Positions 29,311 to 40,040 of a DNA stretch of 64,000 nucleotides are shown one piece after another; within the stretch, counting starts at the first letter, position 1; every line of letters begins with the position of its first letter. Position numbers and translations under genes: made by a program. The stretch covers positions 64,001 to 128,000 of the forward strand of contig CAZVGK010000003.1 in the NCBI GenBank assembly GCA_964626665.1. Direction: 5' to 3'. The notes below the pieces were generated by a model. That model saw nothing but the letters and a program-made list of their open reading frames with translations. It was not told the DNA's origin and ran no database searches. The stretch comes from an uncultured Gemmatimonadota bacterium (GTDB lineage: Bacteria; SM23-81; DAOVCL01).

Positions 29311-30278
29311 TTAACATATCCTTCCCTCTTGAGTTGGAATAATTCCATGGCATATTGGAAGAAATCTGTCCATTGATAGATAAGATTATTCCAGTCAAAT
29401 TCCTTCTCCATCTTTTGGCGAATGGCTCTCCCCATTCCAGGTAGCATATCTCGATTTTCGACAAACTCAAGTAACCTTTCTTTGATAGCTTGATAACTTC
29501 TTTCCACAACAATTCCATTTATCCCCTGCTCTATTAATTCAGGGATAATGCCTACATCTGTTGAAATCACAGGTATACCACAGGCAGCAGCTTCAAGCAC
29601 AGGGCGAGGGGTTCCCTCACTGCGGGAAGCACAGATATACAGGTCCAAGGAATTATAAAATTTCCGCATTTTATTATTATCTCTGACAAAATCATCCTCT
29701 TTACATTGCACCCTTAACTCAATTTCTGGAATTTCATTGCAAACAGGCTTGATGAATTCAAAAAAACCTCTCTTTCCAGGATGGTTGGTTAGACTTCCTG
29801 TCCACCCTACTACCAGTTTGTCACGGTTTCTTTGGCTTCTTTCTTCAGGATAAAAGGCATCTAGGTCACAAGTATACTTGGTATGAATAATCGGCAGATA
29901 TCGCCCAAATATGTACCATAATTTTTTGCAGTGCGTATTAACAAGAAGAGCCTTCTTTAATTTACGAATAATTTTTGCTGGCGGTTTTGCATTATATCCA
30001 GGGGGCTGAGTTCTCCTGTCGTCCCAACGATGAAAGGAGCGAATCCCAGTTGTGATTTTATCAGTACAAATACCGCTTTTCAGCAAGGGGAAGAATTCAC
30101 CAATGTACATAGGGTACAATAAATCATAATTATCATAGTTTTTTTTCCATTCTTTTATGAATTCCCGGAAATAAAGGATGTCAAATTGAATGTTAGATCT
30201 GTTGTATTTAATTAAATCTCGAGCATTCTTGTCTAATGCCCAATGAGGGATATCCGGTATGAGTAAAACCTTCTTCAT
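29307..30278 (-). CDS. Glycosyltransferase family 4
   Basis: ASRSEGTPRPVLEAAACGIPVISTDVG. Confidence 0.88.
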   Translation of the reverse strand: MKKVLLIPDIPHWALDKNARDLIKYNRSNIQFDILYFREFIKEWKKNYDNYDLLYPMYIGEFFPLLKSGICTDKITTGIRSFHRWDDRRTQPPGYNAKPPAKIIRKLKKALLVNTHCKKLWYIFGRYLPIIHTKYTCDLDAFYPEERSQRNRDKLVVGWTGSLTNHPGKRGFFEFIKPVCNEIPEIELRVQCKEDDFVRDNNKMRKFYNSLDLYICASRSEGTPRPVLEAAACGIPVISTDVGIIPELIEQGINGIVVERSYQAIKERLLEFVENRDMLPGMGRAIRQKMEKEFDWNNLIYQWTDFFQYAMELFQLKREGYVK

Positions 30279-30602
30279 GGGTTCTCACATCCTTTAAATT
30301 AGGATATACTAAAGGAAGAACTAAAAAGATCGCATTTCTGAAACCCTTGACAGAGGTAAGAAACTAATAACAAAAATGAGTAAAAACAATAATCCGCTTT
30401 TCGTAGTAATTTTAAGTCTAATTTTAATATAGAATAAATTAATAAAAGTCAAGAGATATCTTTAAATTCATTTCAAATAATTCAAATTTATATCTGTTCT
30501 TCTCCAGTCATCCCCCCAAGGATTAGTGTATACTGTTTTTGAGTTAGTTCTAACTTTTTACCTGAAACATTATAAATTCATTTTCCTTTTCGGTTAAGCA
30601 AA

Positions 30603-31715
30603 TTAAGAGAGGTCGTAATAGAATCTCTCCGTGGATTCAGCTAACCTCTCTATACTGAAGTCCCCCACAGTTTTCCTCCTTGCCTCCCGACCAAATTCCT
30701 CCCTCTTATCCTCATCCCTGAGGAGTTCCAGGATGGCCCTGGCCAATGGTCGCGGTTCTGCCGGTGGGACGATTACCCCACCTGTCCCATCAGCAATCAA
30801 ATCGGGAATGGAGTTTATTCTTGTCCCCACCACAGGCTTTCCCATAGCCATAAACTCTAAGGCTACCCGGCAGATGGTCTCAGAACCTACAGAGGCCACC
30901 ACCCCAAAATCAAGGGCAGAGATGATAGTCCTTATATCCTTTTGATAAGGGAGAAAGAAAAAATTTTCGAGAACCCCCTTGGATTGGGCCAAAACCTTTA
31001 ACTCCCTTGATTTTATCTGCGCATCCCCCCCAGCGATGAGAAAGTGGACCTGCGGCCATTCCTTGACCACCTGGGAGGCGGCATCAATGAAGAACCTATG
31101 GCCCTTCACCGGGGAAAACCTCCCGATCATTCCCACCAAAGGGGTGGAACTATCTAATCCTAATAGCCTCTTAGCCTCTGAGGAACTAACCTTGGGTTGA
31201 AAATATTCTGTATCCACCCCAGGGGGGATGACCTCAATCTCCCCTTCCCCCAGGCCTAACTTCAGAAGAGGTAGCCTAAGCGAGGAGCAGGTGACCACAA
31301 CCCTATCGGTCAAACAACGATGCAGCAAGAGGTTGAAAGGATGAGCCAATGGAGGCCTCTGATCACCTCTTGTTCTGACCAGGGGGATCCTATGAAATCC
31401 TCTGAGAAGGGAGGCATAGCTATGTCCTTCCCCCCGATGGGCATTGACCAGGTCAATTGACTCGCTTTTTATAATGGAGGCAAGCTGAATAAGATGAGCT
31501 GCCGCCTTATATGGGCTTAGCTTGTTTAAGGAAAGGTCAACCACAGGGAGCCCATATTCCTCTGCTTTTTTATAGACTGGGCTCCCTTGCCTACCTGCAA
31601 TGATCACCCTATGTCCCCTCTTCCTTAATCCCCGGCTAAGGTTAAGGGCATACCAGGCACAAGCATTAAACCAGCGAACATTTATCAGTTGTAGAATATT
31701 GAGCTTTCTTTTCAT
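30603..31715 (-). CDS. Glycosyltransferase family 4
   Basis: GRFSPVKGH, LEFMAMGKPVV. Confidence 0.9.
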   Translation of the reverse strand: MKRKLNILQLINVRWFNACAWYALNLSRGLRKRGHRVIIAGRQGSPVYKKAEEYGLPVVDLSLNKLSPYKAAAHLIQLASIIKSESIDLVNAHRGEGHSYASLLRGFHRIPLVRTRGDQRPPLAHPFNLLLHRCLTDRVVVTCSSLRLPLLKLGLGEGEIEVIPPGVDTEYFQPKVSSSEAKRLLGLDSSTPLVGMIGRFSPVKGHRFFIDAASQVVKEWPQVHFLIAGGDAQIKSRELKVLAQSKGVLENFFFLPYQKDIRTIISALDFGVVASVGSETICRVALEFMAMGKPVVGTRINSIPDLIADGTGGVIVPPAEPRPLARAILELLRDEDKREEFGREARRKTVGDFSIERLAESTERFYYDLS

Positions 31716-31717
31716 CC

Positions 31718-31983
31718 TGGTTTATGCATTAAGAAACCACGAGATTTCACAAGATATTCAAAATAAAGAGCTCACAAAAATTGAGGTTAAACCCCTCTTT
31801 CACCTGAAAGGTGAAAGCCTATATTCTTGAAGATACTTATATAATCTGTGAAAATCCGCGTTCACCCCGTTAAATAATTTAGAAATAGACATCATCGCAT
31901 CCCCAAGCTTGCTTTTATTTAACGGACTTCACCCCGTGAAATACGAAAGTATATTTAACGGGGTTCATCTGTGGTTTATGCAT
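31718..31983. mobile_element. Composite miniature element with 12-bp direct repeat, 9-mer inverted ends and nested palindromic elements
   Basis: TGGTTTATGCAT at 31718-31729 and 31972-31983; ends AAACCACGAGAT and ATCTGTGGTTT; nested CACCCCGTTAAATA...TATTTAACGG units. Confidence 0.65.
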
Positions 31984-32002
31984 ATTTTGGTTCATAATTA
32001 GC

Positions 32003-32032
32003 TTGACAAAGCAGTGAAACCTTTTGTATTCT
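32003..32032 (+). promoter_or_regulatory. Putative sigma70 promoter of a leaderless GT2 gene
   Basis: TTGACA-18 nt-TATTCT, 7 nt before ATG 32040; no Shine-Dalgarno. Confidence 0.5.
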
Positions 32033-32039
32033 TTCATCC

Positions 32040-32918
32040 ATGAAAGTAAGTGGGTTCACATTCGTCAGGAATGCGGTGAGCTTAGACTATCCCATTGTCG
32101 AGTCAATTAGTTCCATTCTCCCTATATGCGATGAGTTTGTGGTTGCTGCCGGGGATTCTGAGGATAATACCACCGAACTCATCAGAGGCATAAAAAGCGA
32201 TAAGGTCAAAATAATCGAGACTAAATGGGATCCAAAGCTCTTCGTTCATGGGGCGATAAACGCCCAACAGACAGATATCGCCCTTTCCTATTGTCAAGGG
32301 GATTGGTGTTTCTATCTCCAGGCAGACGAAGTCGTGCACGAGAAGTTCCTCCCCATCATCGTAAAAAAGATGGAGGAAGCCCTACAGCGCAGAGAGGTAG
32401 AAGGGTTCCTCTTTGATTACCTCCACTTCTGGGGCAGCTACCAAACCTATCAGATCTCCCGGAATTGGTATCGCCAAGAGGTGAGGGCAATCAGGAACCA
32501 TATCGGAGTCCATTCCTGGAAGAGCGCCCAGGGTTTTAGAAAGGATGGGAAAAAACTTAGAGTCATCCACTCCGGTGCCCAGATCTACCATTACGGCTGG
32601 GTAAGGGACCCAAAACTGATGAAGCAAAAACAGATAGCTTTGGACTCCCTCCATCACCCCCAGAAATGGGTGGAAAAACATCATCCGGATAAGGGAGCAC
32701 CATTCCAATATGGTTCGCTCCAGCATTTAGCCAAATTTGCAGGGACCCACCCCCAGGTTATGGCCGAAAGGATTAACAAGAAAAATTGGCAGATAGTTCC
32801 GAATCCAAAAGTAAAACATAAACACAACAAACTCTCTATCCGACTTTTCACTTTTATAGAAGATAAAATCATCCACACCAGAATAGGAGAGTACAAGAAC
32901 TATATCCTCATCGATTGA
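32040..32918 (+). CDS. Glycosyltransferase family 2-like
   Basis: MKVSGFTFVRNA, CDEFVV..GDSEDNT, WCFYLQADE, HYGWVR. Confidence 0.85.
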   Translation: MKVSGFTFVRNAVSLDYPIVESISSILPICDEFVVAAGDSEDNTTELIRGIKSDKVKIIETKWDPKLFVHGAINAQQTDIALSYCQGDWCFYLQADEVVHEKFLPIIVKKMEEALQRREVEGFLFDYLHFWGSYQTYQISRNWYRQEVRAIRNHIGVHSWKSAQGFRKDGKKLRVIHSGAQIYHYGWVRDPKLMKQKQIALDSLHHPQKWVEKHHPDKGAPFQYGSLQHLAKFAGTHPQVMAERINKKNWQIVPNPKVKHKHNKLSIRLFTFIEDKIIHTRIGEYKNYILID

Positions 32919-33852
32919 GAGATTTCATCCACTCCACCTCTTGACGTAATCCTTCTTCAATTTGAACTTCAGGTTTGAATCCTAACTCCTTTTGTATCTT
33001 TGATGTATCTGCCAGAGTATCCTTTACATCCCCCTTCTGCACATCCTGATAGACAACCTTCGCTTTTTTCCCACAGAGCCCCTCGATAATTTTCAGGGTA
33101 TCATTTATGGAAATCCATCTTCCCCCTCCCACATTCAAAGTCTCTCGCACTACCTTGCTCTCCCCTGCTTTCATCGTAGCCTCCACCACATCGGAAAATA
33201 AGGTAAAATCCCTCCTCTGCTCTCCACCACCGAAGATTTTGACCTCTTCCCCTCTAAGGATTGCCTTGATAAAGCAATGAAAAGCCATATCGGGCCTTTG
33301 GCGCGGTCCGTAGACGGTGAAGTAACGAAGGGAAATGGTGGGGATCCCGTAGTTCTGGGCATAGAGCCTGCAAAGCTCCTCTCCAGCATATTTGGTCAAT
33401 CCATAGGGAGAGATCGGAGATGGCCTCTCATCTTCCCTCAGGGGGAGGTTATGGCTTTCCCCATAGACCGATGAGGAAGAGGCATAGATGAACTTTCTTA
33501 AAGGGTATGAACTACAAAGTTCTAAGAGCCTCTGGGTGGCCAAGACATTGTTTCTCAGATAAACCTCAAAACCAGGGCCCCAGCTCCCTCTTACCCCGGG
33601 CTGGGCGGCCAGGTGGTAGATATGGGTGAGGTCAGGGGGAAGCTCCTGTAGATCGAGGATATCCATTTCCCTAAAGCTAAACCCCCTTTTGCCCAGAAGA
33701 GGGTTAAGATTTGTCCTCTTCAATTCCGAAGAGTAGTAGGAGGTAAAGCTGTCCAGGCCCACTACATCATACCCACTGGCCAAAAGGTGTTGGGCCAAAT
33801 GGGAGCCGATAAAGCCTGCTACCCCAGTAACTAGCGCCCTTTTAGCATTCAT
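32908..33852 (-). CDS. NAD-dependent epimerase/dehydratase (UDP-glucuronate 4-epimerase-like)
   Basis: GVAGFIGS, HLAAQPGVR, ASSSSVYG, YGLTK, YFTVYGPRQRPDMAF. Confidence 0.92.
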   Translation of the reverse strand: MNAKRALVTGVAGFIGSHLAQHLLASGYDVVGLDSFTSYYSSELKRTNLNPLLGKRGFSFREMDILDLQELPPDLTHIYHLAAQPGVRGSWGPGFEVYLRNNVLATQRLLELCSSYPLRKFIYASSSSVYGESHNLPLREDERPSPISPYGLTKYAGEELCRLYAQNYGIPTISLRYFTVYGPRQRPDMAFHCFIKAILRGEEVKIFGGGEQRRDFTLFSDVVEATMKAGESKVVRETLNVGGGRWISINDTLKIIEGLCGKKAKVVYQDVQKGDVKDTLADTSKIQKELGFKPEVQIEEGLRQEVEWMKSLNR

Positions 33853-33966
33853 TGAGAAGATAATTCTCCCCTTGTAGCATAGCTACTGAATATTTTTCTA
33901 CATAGGTCCAACCCCTACACGGAGATGGTCCACTTTTTGTACCTTCTCTAAACCCTGGAGGAGTTA

Positions 33967-35091
33967 TCAAGGGCCAGGGATAACACCTTTTTTATCCTTG
34001 AGGAGGGAGGAAAATGATTTCTCCACCCTTTCCACCATCAAGGAGGAGGAAAAAGATCTTTCTATCCTTCTTCGGCTGGCTTTTCCCAGGGTTTCCCTTA
34101 GGAGTCTATCATAAAGTAATTTTTTAATAGATTGAGCTAATTGCGAGTGATTATTGGGAGATACAATTAAACCGCTCACCCCATCCTCCACTGCCTCTGG
34201 CACACCACCCACCCTTGTTGCTACCACGGGTTTACCACAGGCCATAGCCTCCAAAACTACATTGGGCAACCCTTCAAACAAGGAGGGGAGAACTAAAATA
34301 TCCAGTGCGGCATAAACCAAGGGAAGATTGGTCCGATAACCGGAGAAAATCACCCGTTCCCTTATCCCAAGTTCCTTGGCAATATCCTCCAGTTCTCCCT
34401 TCCTCTCCCCATCTCCTACCACCCAGAAAACAACCTGGGGAAAGCTTTTGGCCAACAGTTTAGCCGCCTGAAGAAAGAGTTTATGCCCCTTCTGATGGGT
34501 TAACCTCCCCACGATTCCCACCACTAAGCCGTTGGAGGGCAAGCCAAACTGAACTCTGGCTTCAGCCTGAGAGTCCCCAGGATGAAAATAATCGAGGTCA
34601 ACCCCATTGGGAATAACCTCTATCAAATTACGATCCAACCAACTATAGCGGCCCAACTCCCTCTTTATGGAATTTGATGGACATACAATCTTATCAGCAA
34701 GAAATCTATAGGAAAGCTTGAACCTTAACTTATCCCTCATCAAGGGAAGCCCCTTGCGAACAACTAGGGCTCTCACCCCGGCCAGCTTTGCTCCTAAGCC
34801 TCCTAACCTGAGATCCTTGTCGAAATTGACACAGAGGAGTTGCACCTTCCCCTTTCTCATCAACAGGGCCAACCTATAAATATTTATGGGCCCAAAATCC
34901 CCCCTTATCCTCAGGGAATAAACTTTTAACCCTTCCGTGGATGCCCCCTTTAAAAAACGACTTCCCCTGCGGCCAGCTATAACTACCCGATGTCTTCTGG
35001 CCTTAAGGCCCTTGGCCACGGCGACCATCCACTTCTCTCCCCCACCCCAGACTCCTTCCCTAATGGAGTTGAGGAAAAGAATGTTCAACAT
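33967..35091 (-). CDS. Glycosyltransferase family 4
   Basis: WGGGE, GRLTHQKG, EGLPNVVLEAMACGKPVV. Confidence 0.92.
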   Translation of the reverse strand: MLNILFLNSIREGVWGGGEKWMVAVAKGLKARRHRVVIAGRRGSRFLKGASTEGLKVYSLRIRGDFGPINIYRLALLMRKGKVQLLCVNFDKDLRLGGLGAKLAGVRALVVRKGLPLMRDKLRFKLSYRFLADKIVCPSNSIKRELGRYSWLDRNLIEVIPNGVDLDYFHPGDSQAEARVQFGLPSNGLVVGIVGRLTHQKGHKLFLQAAKLLAKSFPQVVFWVVGDGERKGELEDIAKELGIRERVIFSGYRTNLPLVYAALDILVLPSLFEGLPNVVLEAMACGKPVVATRVGGVPEAVEDGVSGLIVSPNNHSQLAQSIKKLLYDRLLRETLGKASRRRIERSFSSSLMVERVEKSFSSLLKDKKGVIPGP

Positions 35092-36164
35092 TAAAGCTCC
35101 TCTACCAGGGAGTTGAACTCGGCGAGAACATCGGCTACTGAGGGATCCCCTCCCCGGTAAACCGTGCGATGATGATCCCCCTGGGGAGCATACCTATAGG
35201 AATTCCCTACCAGGAAAACAGATAGGGTGGGAACACCCAGGGCAGCGGCTAGATGCATCGGGCCACAATCTCCGCTAATGAATACCCGACAGAAGGAGAG
35301 GAGAGAGGCAAACTCCCGCAAGCCCATCTGAGGAAAAATGGTCACCCCAGGGGAGGGAAACTCCTGCTTACCTCTTAAAAGATCCTTCTCACCTGGCCCC
35401 CAGAAGATGAGGATAGGAAAACCATACTCCTTATTAATCATTCTGGCTAGAGAGGCAAACTTGCTCAGGTCCCACCTTTTGTCCCTTCTCCCTCCTGGAT
35501 GGATACCCACCAAAAAGGAGGAACTATCTATACCCAAGCTCTTAAGCACATCTCTTGCTTGCTCCCTTTCTTTTGGGGCCAAAAAGACCTCCATCCCATT
35601 GGAACTGAAACTTTTACTAAGAAAAGAGAGGAGGACGAGGTTAGTTTCAATTTGATGAACTTTCCCTTCTGGCGGGGGAATTTCTACATTTAAAAATGGA
35701 TTGGGCTTTCCCCTTTGAAAACCCACCCGATAAGGGGCAAGGGAAAGCAGGGTATAGAGCCCATTGTTAAAGGAGAGCGAGTCCTGATGGCTACAATCGA
35801 AGGAGAGGTCAAACCCCGTTCCTATAAGCTTTATGAGAAACTTAGTCAAAGCAAAGGGATTATACAGAAGACTCCTTTTCTTCAGGGTGATAACCCCATC
35901 TATATTCGGATTTCCCCTGAGTAGAGAGGAGAACCTACTGCTAACCAAAGCCCAGATCCCAGCCTGGGGAAGGGAAGATTTGAGAAGCTCAAAAAATGGG
36001 GTGAGCATCAAGAGATTCCCCAACCTCTCATCCCCTCTGACCACTAAGACCTGCCTCACCTGAGATAGATCGATTCGTTCAACCCCCAGCTTCTCCCGTT
36101 TAAGGGGGGTAAGAAGTTTAAATAGCTGGCCTTTTAGGCCCCTCTCTAAATCCTTTAACCTCAT
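35091..36164 (-). CDS. Glycosyltransferase family 9 (heptosyltransferase-like)
   Basis: RLGNLLM, HPGG..KRW, ISGDCGPMHLAAALGVPT. Confidence 0.9.
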   Translation of the reverse strand: MRLKDLERGLKGQLFKLLTPLKREKLGVERIDLSQVRQVLVVRGDERLGNLLMLTPFFELLKSSLPQAGIWALVSSRFSSLLRGNPNIDGVITLKKRSLLYNPFALTKFLIKLIGTGFDLSFDCSHQDSLSFNNGLYTLLSLAPYRVGFQRGKPNPFLNVEIPPPEGKVHQIETNLVLLSFLSKSFSSNGMEVFLAPKEREQARDVLKSLGIDSSSFLVGIHPGGRRDKRWDLSKFASLARMINKEYGFPILIFWGPGEKDLLRGKQEFPSPGVTIFPQMGLREFASLLSFCRVFISGDCGPMHLAAALGVPTLSVFLVGNSYRYAPQGDHHRTVYRGGDPSVADVLAEFNSLVEEL

Positions 36165-37989
36165 TATCCACGAACTGGAGCTGATAGAGTCTGCGGTAAA
36201 GACCGTCCTCCCCTATTAACTGGGAATGGTTTCCCCTCTGCACAATTCGTCCTTTCTCCAGGACTACTATCAGATCTGCATCCCTTACGGTGGAAAGCCT
36301 ATGAGCCACAACAAGGGTTGTTCTCCCCTTGATTAGCCTGTTGATCGCCTCCTGTACCAACCTCTCGGACTGAGCATCCAATGAGGAGGTGGCCTCATCG
36401 AAGATCAATATCTGGGGATTCTTAAGGATAGCCCTAGCAATGGCAATCCTCTGTCTCTCCCCTCCGGAGAGTTTGACCCCTCGGTCTCCGATATAGGTAT
36501 CGTATTTTTGCGAGAGGGAGAGGATGAAATGGTGGGCATTGGCCACCTCTGCCGCTTTCTCCACCTTTTCCCTGGCTACATCATTTAGCCCATAGGCGAT
36601 ATTGTTAAAAACGGTATCGTTGAAGAGGATGGTCTCCTGAGTGACAATCCCCATTAGCCTCCGCAGGGAGCTCACCTTTATCTCCCTTATATCCCTCCCA
36701 TCCAGTTCAATTCTCCCCTGCTGAGGGTCATAAAAGCGGGGCAAGAGATCCAAAAGGGTCGACTTGCCCACCCCACTTGGCCCGACAATGGCCACTACCT
36801 CTCCGGCTTTAACCTCTAGATCAATACCTTGTAAGATGGTTTCCCCTTCATCATATCCATACCAGACATTTACATACCTAATGGAGTCGGTGAGATTATC
36901 TACCTCCTTCTTACCCTCATTCTTTACCCTGGGGGGGGTATCCAAAACCTGGAAAACCCTCTCTGCTGCGGCCAATCCCTGTTGGATCTTGCTGTTTACC
37001 CCGGAGATGTTCTTCACCGGTTGCATCATCATAAATAGGGCCAGCACAAAGAGGACGAAATCGTCAGGGGACATAACCATTCCCTGCAAGACATGGGAAC
37101 CACCAAACCAAAGGATGATCACCCCTACTCCAGTCCCTAAGAGCTCATTCAGGGGATTAGCCAGCCTACTCACCCTGGCCATCTTCAACCTGGTGCGGAA
37201 ATACCTCTGGGTCTCCCTCGTAAATTTACTTAGCTCAAACCTCTCCATAGAGAAGGCCTTGACCACCCTCACCCCTGATATGGTCTCCTGTAAGATGGAG
37301 GTCACATCGGCCATCCTGGCCTGGGAACGGCTGCTATACTTACGCAGTTTCCTGCCCACCTTGGTTATCACCAAGAGGACCAGAGGGGCTACTAAGAGTA
37401 TTAAGAGGGTCAGTTTCCAGTTGATCATTACCACCATAACCAGATAGATGAGAATAAGAAAGGGATTCTGGATCATACTGGAGAAGCTGATACTTATGGT
37501 ATTGTTCAGAACCAGAGTGTCGTTGGTAATCCTAGAGATCAGTTTACCGGTTCTCTGTTGGTGGAAATAAGTCAAGGAAAGACAGTGAAGGTGTTCATAG
37601 AGCTTATTTCTTATGTCCCTGATAAATCCCTGTTGCACAAAGGCGATAAAATAAGCCTGTAGATAGAAGAAGAGGTTTTTGAGGAAGACAACTATGAGGA
37701 TTAATAGGCAAAGCCTCTTTAAGGTAGCAAGCTTTGTCCTCCCCATTATCAGCGAGTAGGCCTTCTCCTTGACCTGCACCCTGAGCCCGGAGAGAAAGTC
37801 CGTTTGAAGCGGCACCTTCTTCAGGGTCTGGGGTTCATCTGGAGTCATAAAGATGGTCTTCACAGTGGGGGCCACCAGCCAGACCATGGCTCCGCTGAAA
37901 AGGGTGAAGAGAACCGTGCAGAGGATGGAGACCACTAAGTGTCTCCAATAAGACCTTAAATATCCTAAAACCCTAAGATAGAGTCTCAT
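36118..37989 (-). CDS. msbA: MsbA-like lipid A/LPS export ABC transporter (permease + ATPase)
   Basis: TM domain, GPSGVGKST, LSGGERQRIAIARA, DEATSSLD, AHRLST; sits beside LPS genes. Confidence 0.85.
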   Translation of the reverse strand: MRLYLRVLGYLRSYWRHLVVSILCTVLFTLFSGAMVWLVAPTVKTIFMTPDEPQTLKKVPLQTDFLSGLRVQVKEKAYSLIMGRTKLATLKRLCLLILIVVFLKNLFFYLQAYFIAFVQQGFIRDIRNKLYEHLHCLSLTYFHQQRTGKLISRITNDTLVLNNTISISFSSMIQNPFLILIYLVMVVMINWKLTLLILLVAPLVLLVITKVGRKLRKYSSRSQARMADVTSILQETISGVRVVKAFSMERFELSKFTRETQRYFRTRLKMARVSRLANPLNELLGTGVGVIILWFGGSHVLQGMVMSPDDFVLFVLALFMMMQPVKNISGVNSKIQQGLAAAERVFQVLDTPPRVKNEGKKEVDNLTDSIRYVNVWYGYDEGETILQGIDLEVKAGEVVAIVGPSGVGKSTLLDLLPRFYDPQQGRIELDGRDIREIKVSSLRRLMGIVTQETILFNDTVFNNIAYGLNDVAREKVEKAAEVANAHHFILSLSQKYDTYIGDRGVKLSGGERQRIAIARAILKNPQILIFDEATSSLDAQSERLVQEAINRLIKGRTTLVVAHRLSTVRDADLIVVLEKGRIVQRGNHSQLIGEDGLYRRLYQLQFVDNEVKGFREGPKRPAI

Positions 37990-37998
37990 AATCCCTTG

Positions 37999-38027
37999 AA
38001 TTTAACCCCTGAAACCAAAGATGTCAA
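37999..38027 (-). promoter_or_regulatory. Putative sigma70 promoter of the msbA operon
   Basis: TTGACA-17 nt-TAAATT on the minus strand, 9 nt before the ATG. Confidence 0.55.
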
Positions 38028-38035
38028 GCCATAAG

Positions 38036-38063
38036 AGAAAACCGTCATCTCTGACGGTTTTCT
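38036..38063. terminator. Perfect hairpin, possible terminator downstream of gcvPB
   Basis: AGAAAACCGTCA-TCTC-TGACGGTTTTCT. Confidence 0.55.
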
Positions 38064-38189
38064 AACTCCGAGCATCCCTCCATTTTTTACAATGAACTGA
38101 AGGGATTTGAAAAGTTTTCCCCTTCAATCCCTTGCGGATGATAAAATCCAAAGGGGAGCAGAACATCCACAGGGAATAGAGGCATCACC

Positions 38190-39638
38190 TCACCGGCTTT
38201 TCCACCTCACATCTAAATCCTTGGCTGCCTTTCTCTCATCAAGCCGGGAGACCGGGGTTGTATGGGGAGCAGACCTGACCAGATCAGGGTTTTCCTCTGA
38301 CTCCTGGGCAATCTTCTTCATCGCCTCGATAAACCCATCCAGGGACTCCTTCGGCTCGGTCTCCGTAGGCTCGATCATCAGAGCCTCAGGGACGATGAGG
38401 GGAAAGTAGACAGTTGGTGGGTGAAAGCCATAATCCAGAAGCCTCTTGGCTATATCCAGGGTTCTCACCCCCTGGGCCTTCTGGCGGGAACCGGAGAGGA
38501 CAAACTCGTGGAGAGGGAAGCGGTCATAGGGAAGGTGATAGTAATCTTTAAGGTTTTTCATCAAGTAATTGGCATTGGTTATCGCCCCTTCACTGACCTC
38601 CCTTAGTCCTTTGGCACCCAACATCCTCAGGTAGATATAGGCCTTCACCATAACCCCAAAATTGCCATAGAATCCCTGCACCTTACCGATGGAATCGGGG
38701 CGATCGTAGCTGAACCGATAGCCCTCATCTTCCTTCTCTATGGTGGGCAAGGGAAGGAAGCCGGCCAATTCCCCCTTTACCCCTACTGGTCCGGATCCTG
38801 GTCCCCCACCGCCATGAGGGGTGGAGAAGGTCTTGTGCAGGTTGAGATGGACCAGATCAAACCCCATATCCCCTGGCCTGGTTATCCCCAAGAGGGCATT
38901 CATATTGGCCCCATCCATATAGAGGAGAGCTCCAGCCCGGTGGACTATATCCGCTATCTCCATAATCTGGGATTCAAAGAGACCTAAAGTATTGGGGTTT
39001 GTCAACATAAGTGCGGACACATCCTCATCAACCAACTCCCTCAACTGGGTAAGGTCAACAAGTCCCTGGGAGTTGGATTTCACCTCTACCGCCCTATATC
39101 CGGCAAGGTGAGTAGATGCTGGGTTTGTCCCATGGGCAGAGTCCGGTATGATCACTCTTTCCCTGGGGTTTCCCTTATTGAGATGATAGGCCCTAACCAT
39201 CAGAAGGCCAGTAAGTTCCCCCTGAGCACCAGCCGCCGGCTGTAGGGTCATCCTATCCATACCAGTGATTTGACAGAGCATCCCCTCCAGCTCATACATC
39301 AACTTCAGAGCTCCCTGGACCGTGCTCTCCGGCTGATAGGGATGAAGATTGCAGAAACCAGGAAGCACGGCTAATCTCTCCCCTATCTTGGGGTTGTATT
39401 TCATCGTGCAGGAACCCAAGGGGTATAACCCCCTGTCAATATGATAGTTCAATGCGGAGAGGTTAACGAAATGGCGCACCACTTCCACTTCACTCACCTC
39501 GGGCAATTCTGGTGGATACCCCCTGAGCACCTCGGGGGGGAGAAGCTCCTCTGGAAATCGGGCGGGCAAATCAGATTTAGGCAGGGTAAATCCCCTCTTA
39601 CCACTTCCGCTAAGTTCAAAGATTAATTTCTCGGTCAT
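38190..39638 (-). CDS. gcvPB: Glycine dehydrogenase (decarboxylating) subunit 2
   Basis: [47 protein letters not shown]. Confidence 0.96.
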   Translation of the reverse strand: MTEKLIFELSGSGKRGFTLPKSDLPARFPEELLPPEVLRGYPPELPEVSEVEVVRHFVNLSALNYHIDRGLYPLGSCTMKYNPKIGERLAVLPGFCNLHPYQPESTVQGALKLMYELEGMLCQITGMDRMTLQPAAGAQGELTGLLMVRAYHLNKGNPRERVIIPDSAHGTNPASTHLAGYRAVEVKSNSQGLVDLTQLRELVDEDVSALMLTNPNTLGLFESQIMEIADIVHRAGALLYMDGANMNALLGITRPGDMGFDLVHLNLHKTFSTPHGGGGPGSGPVGVKGELAGFLPLPTIEKEDEGYRFSYDRPDSIGKVQGFYGNFGVMVKAYIYLRMLGAKGLREVSEGAITNANYLMKNLKDYYHLPYDRFPLHEFVLSGSRQKAQGVRTLDIAKRLLDYGFHPPTVYFPLIVPEALMIEPTETEPKESLDGFIEAMKKIAQESEENPDLVRSAPHTTPVSRLDERKAAKDLDVRWKSR

Positions 39639-39720
39639 CTTAATCTCTCCATCCTCCTAAATACTTTGGACGTAGATCAATGTAGATCAAAAGGATAAAT
39701 CCAGACTATACGCTGGGGAA

Positions 39721-40040
39721 CCACGAGATTTCACGAGATTGTCACCAGATATTCAGAATAAAGATCCTCACCAAATCAGCAATCTATGATTAAACTCACA
39801 GATCAATCCCCAACAGCTCCCTCAAATCGGAGGAGAGGTCTCAGACCTTTCGAAAGCTGTCAGCCCCGTTCCGACGGGATTCCTGGCGGAAGAGGTAACT
39901 CCTGATGGGCACACTTTTTAAGAAAACACCGAATGACACTAAAATCCCTATCCACAAGGAATAGACAGGGCCGTCAGGAGGTAACTCCTGACGGCACATT
40001 TTAGAGACAAGTTTTGTTTATCCTGTTTATCCTGTCCAAG
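39721..40040. repeat. Nested palindromic and 9-mer repeat cluster between gcvPA and gcvPB
   Basis: CCACGAGATTTCAC unit shared with 31737; GTCAGGAGGTAACTCCTGAC hairpins shared with 54401 and 62739; TTATCCTGT repeats. Confidence 0.65.

Noticed and set aside
36764-37447. 227-aa plus-strand ORF (also 361-753, 57491-58018, 60272-60769)
   Set aside because: Antisense to well-supported genes, with no recognisable motifs.
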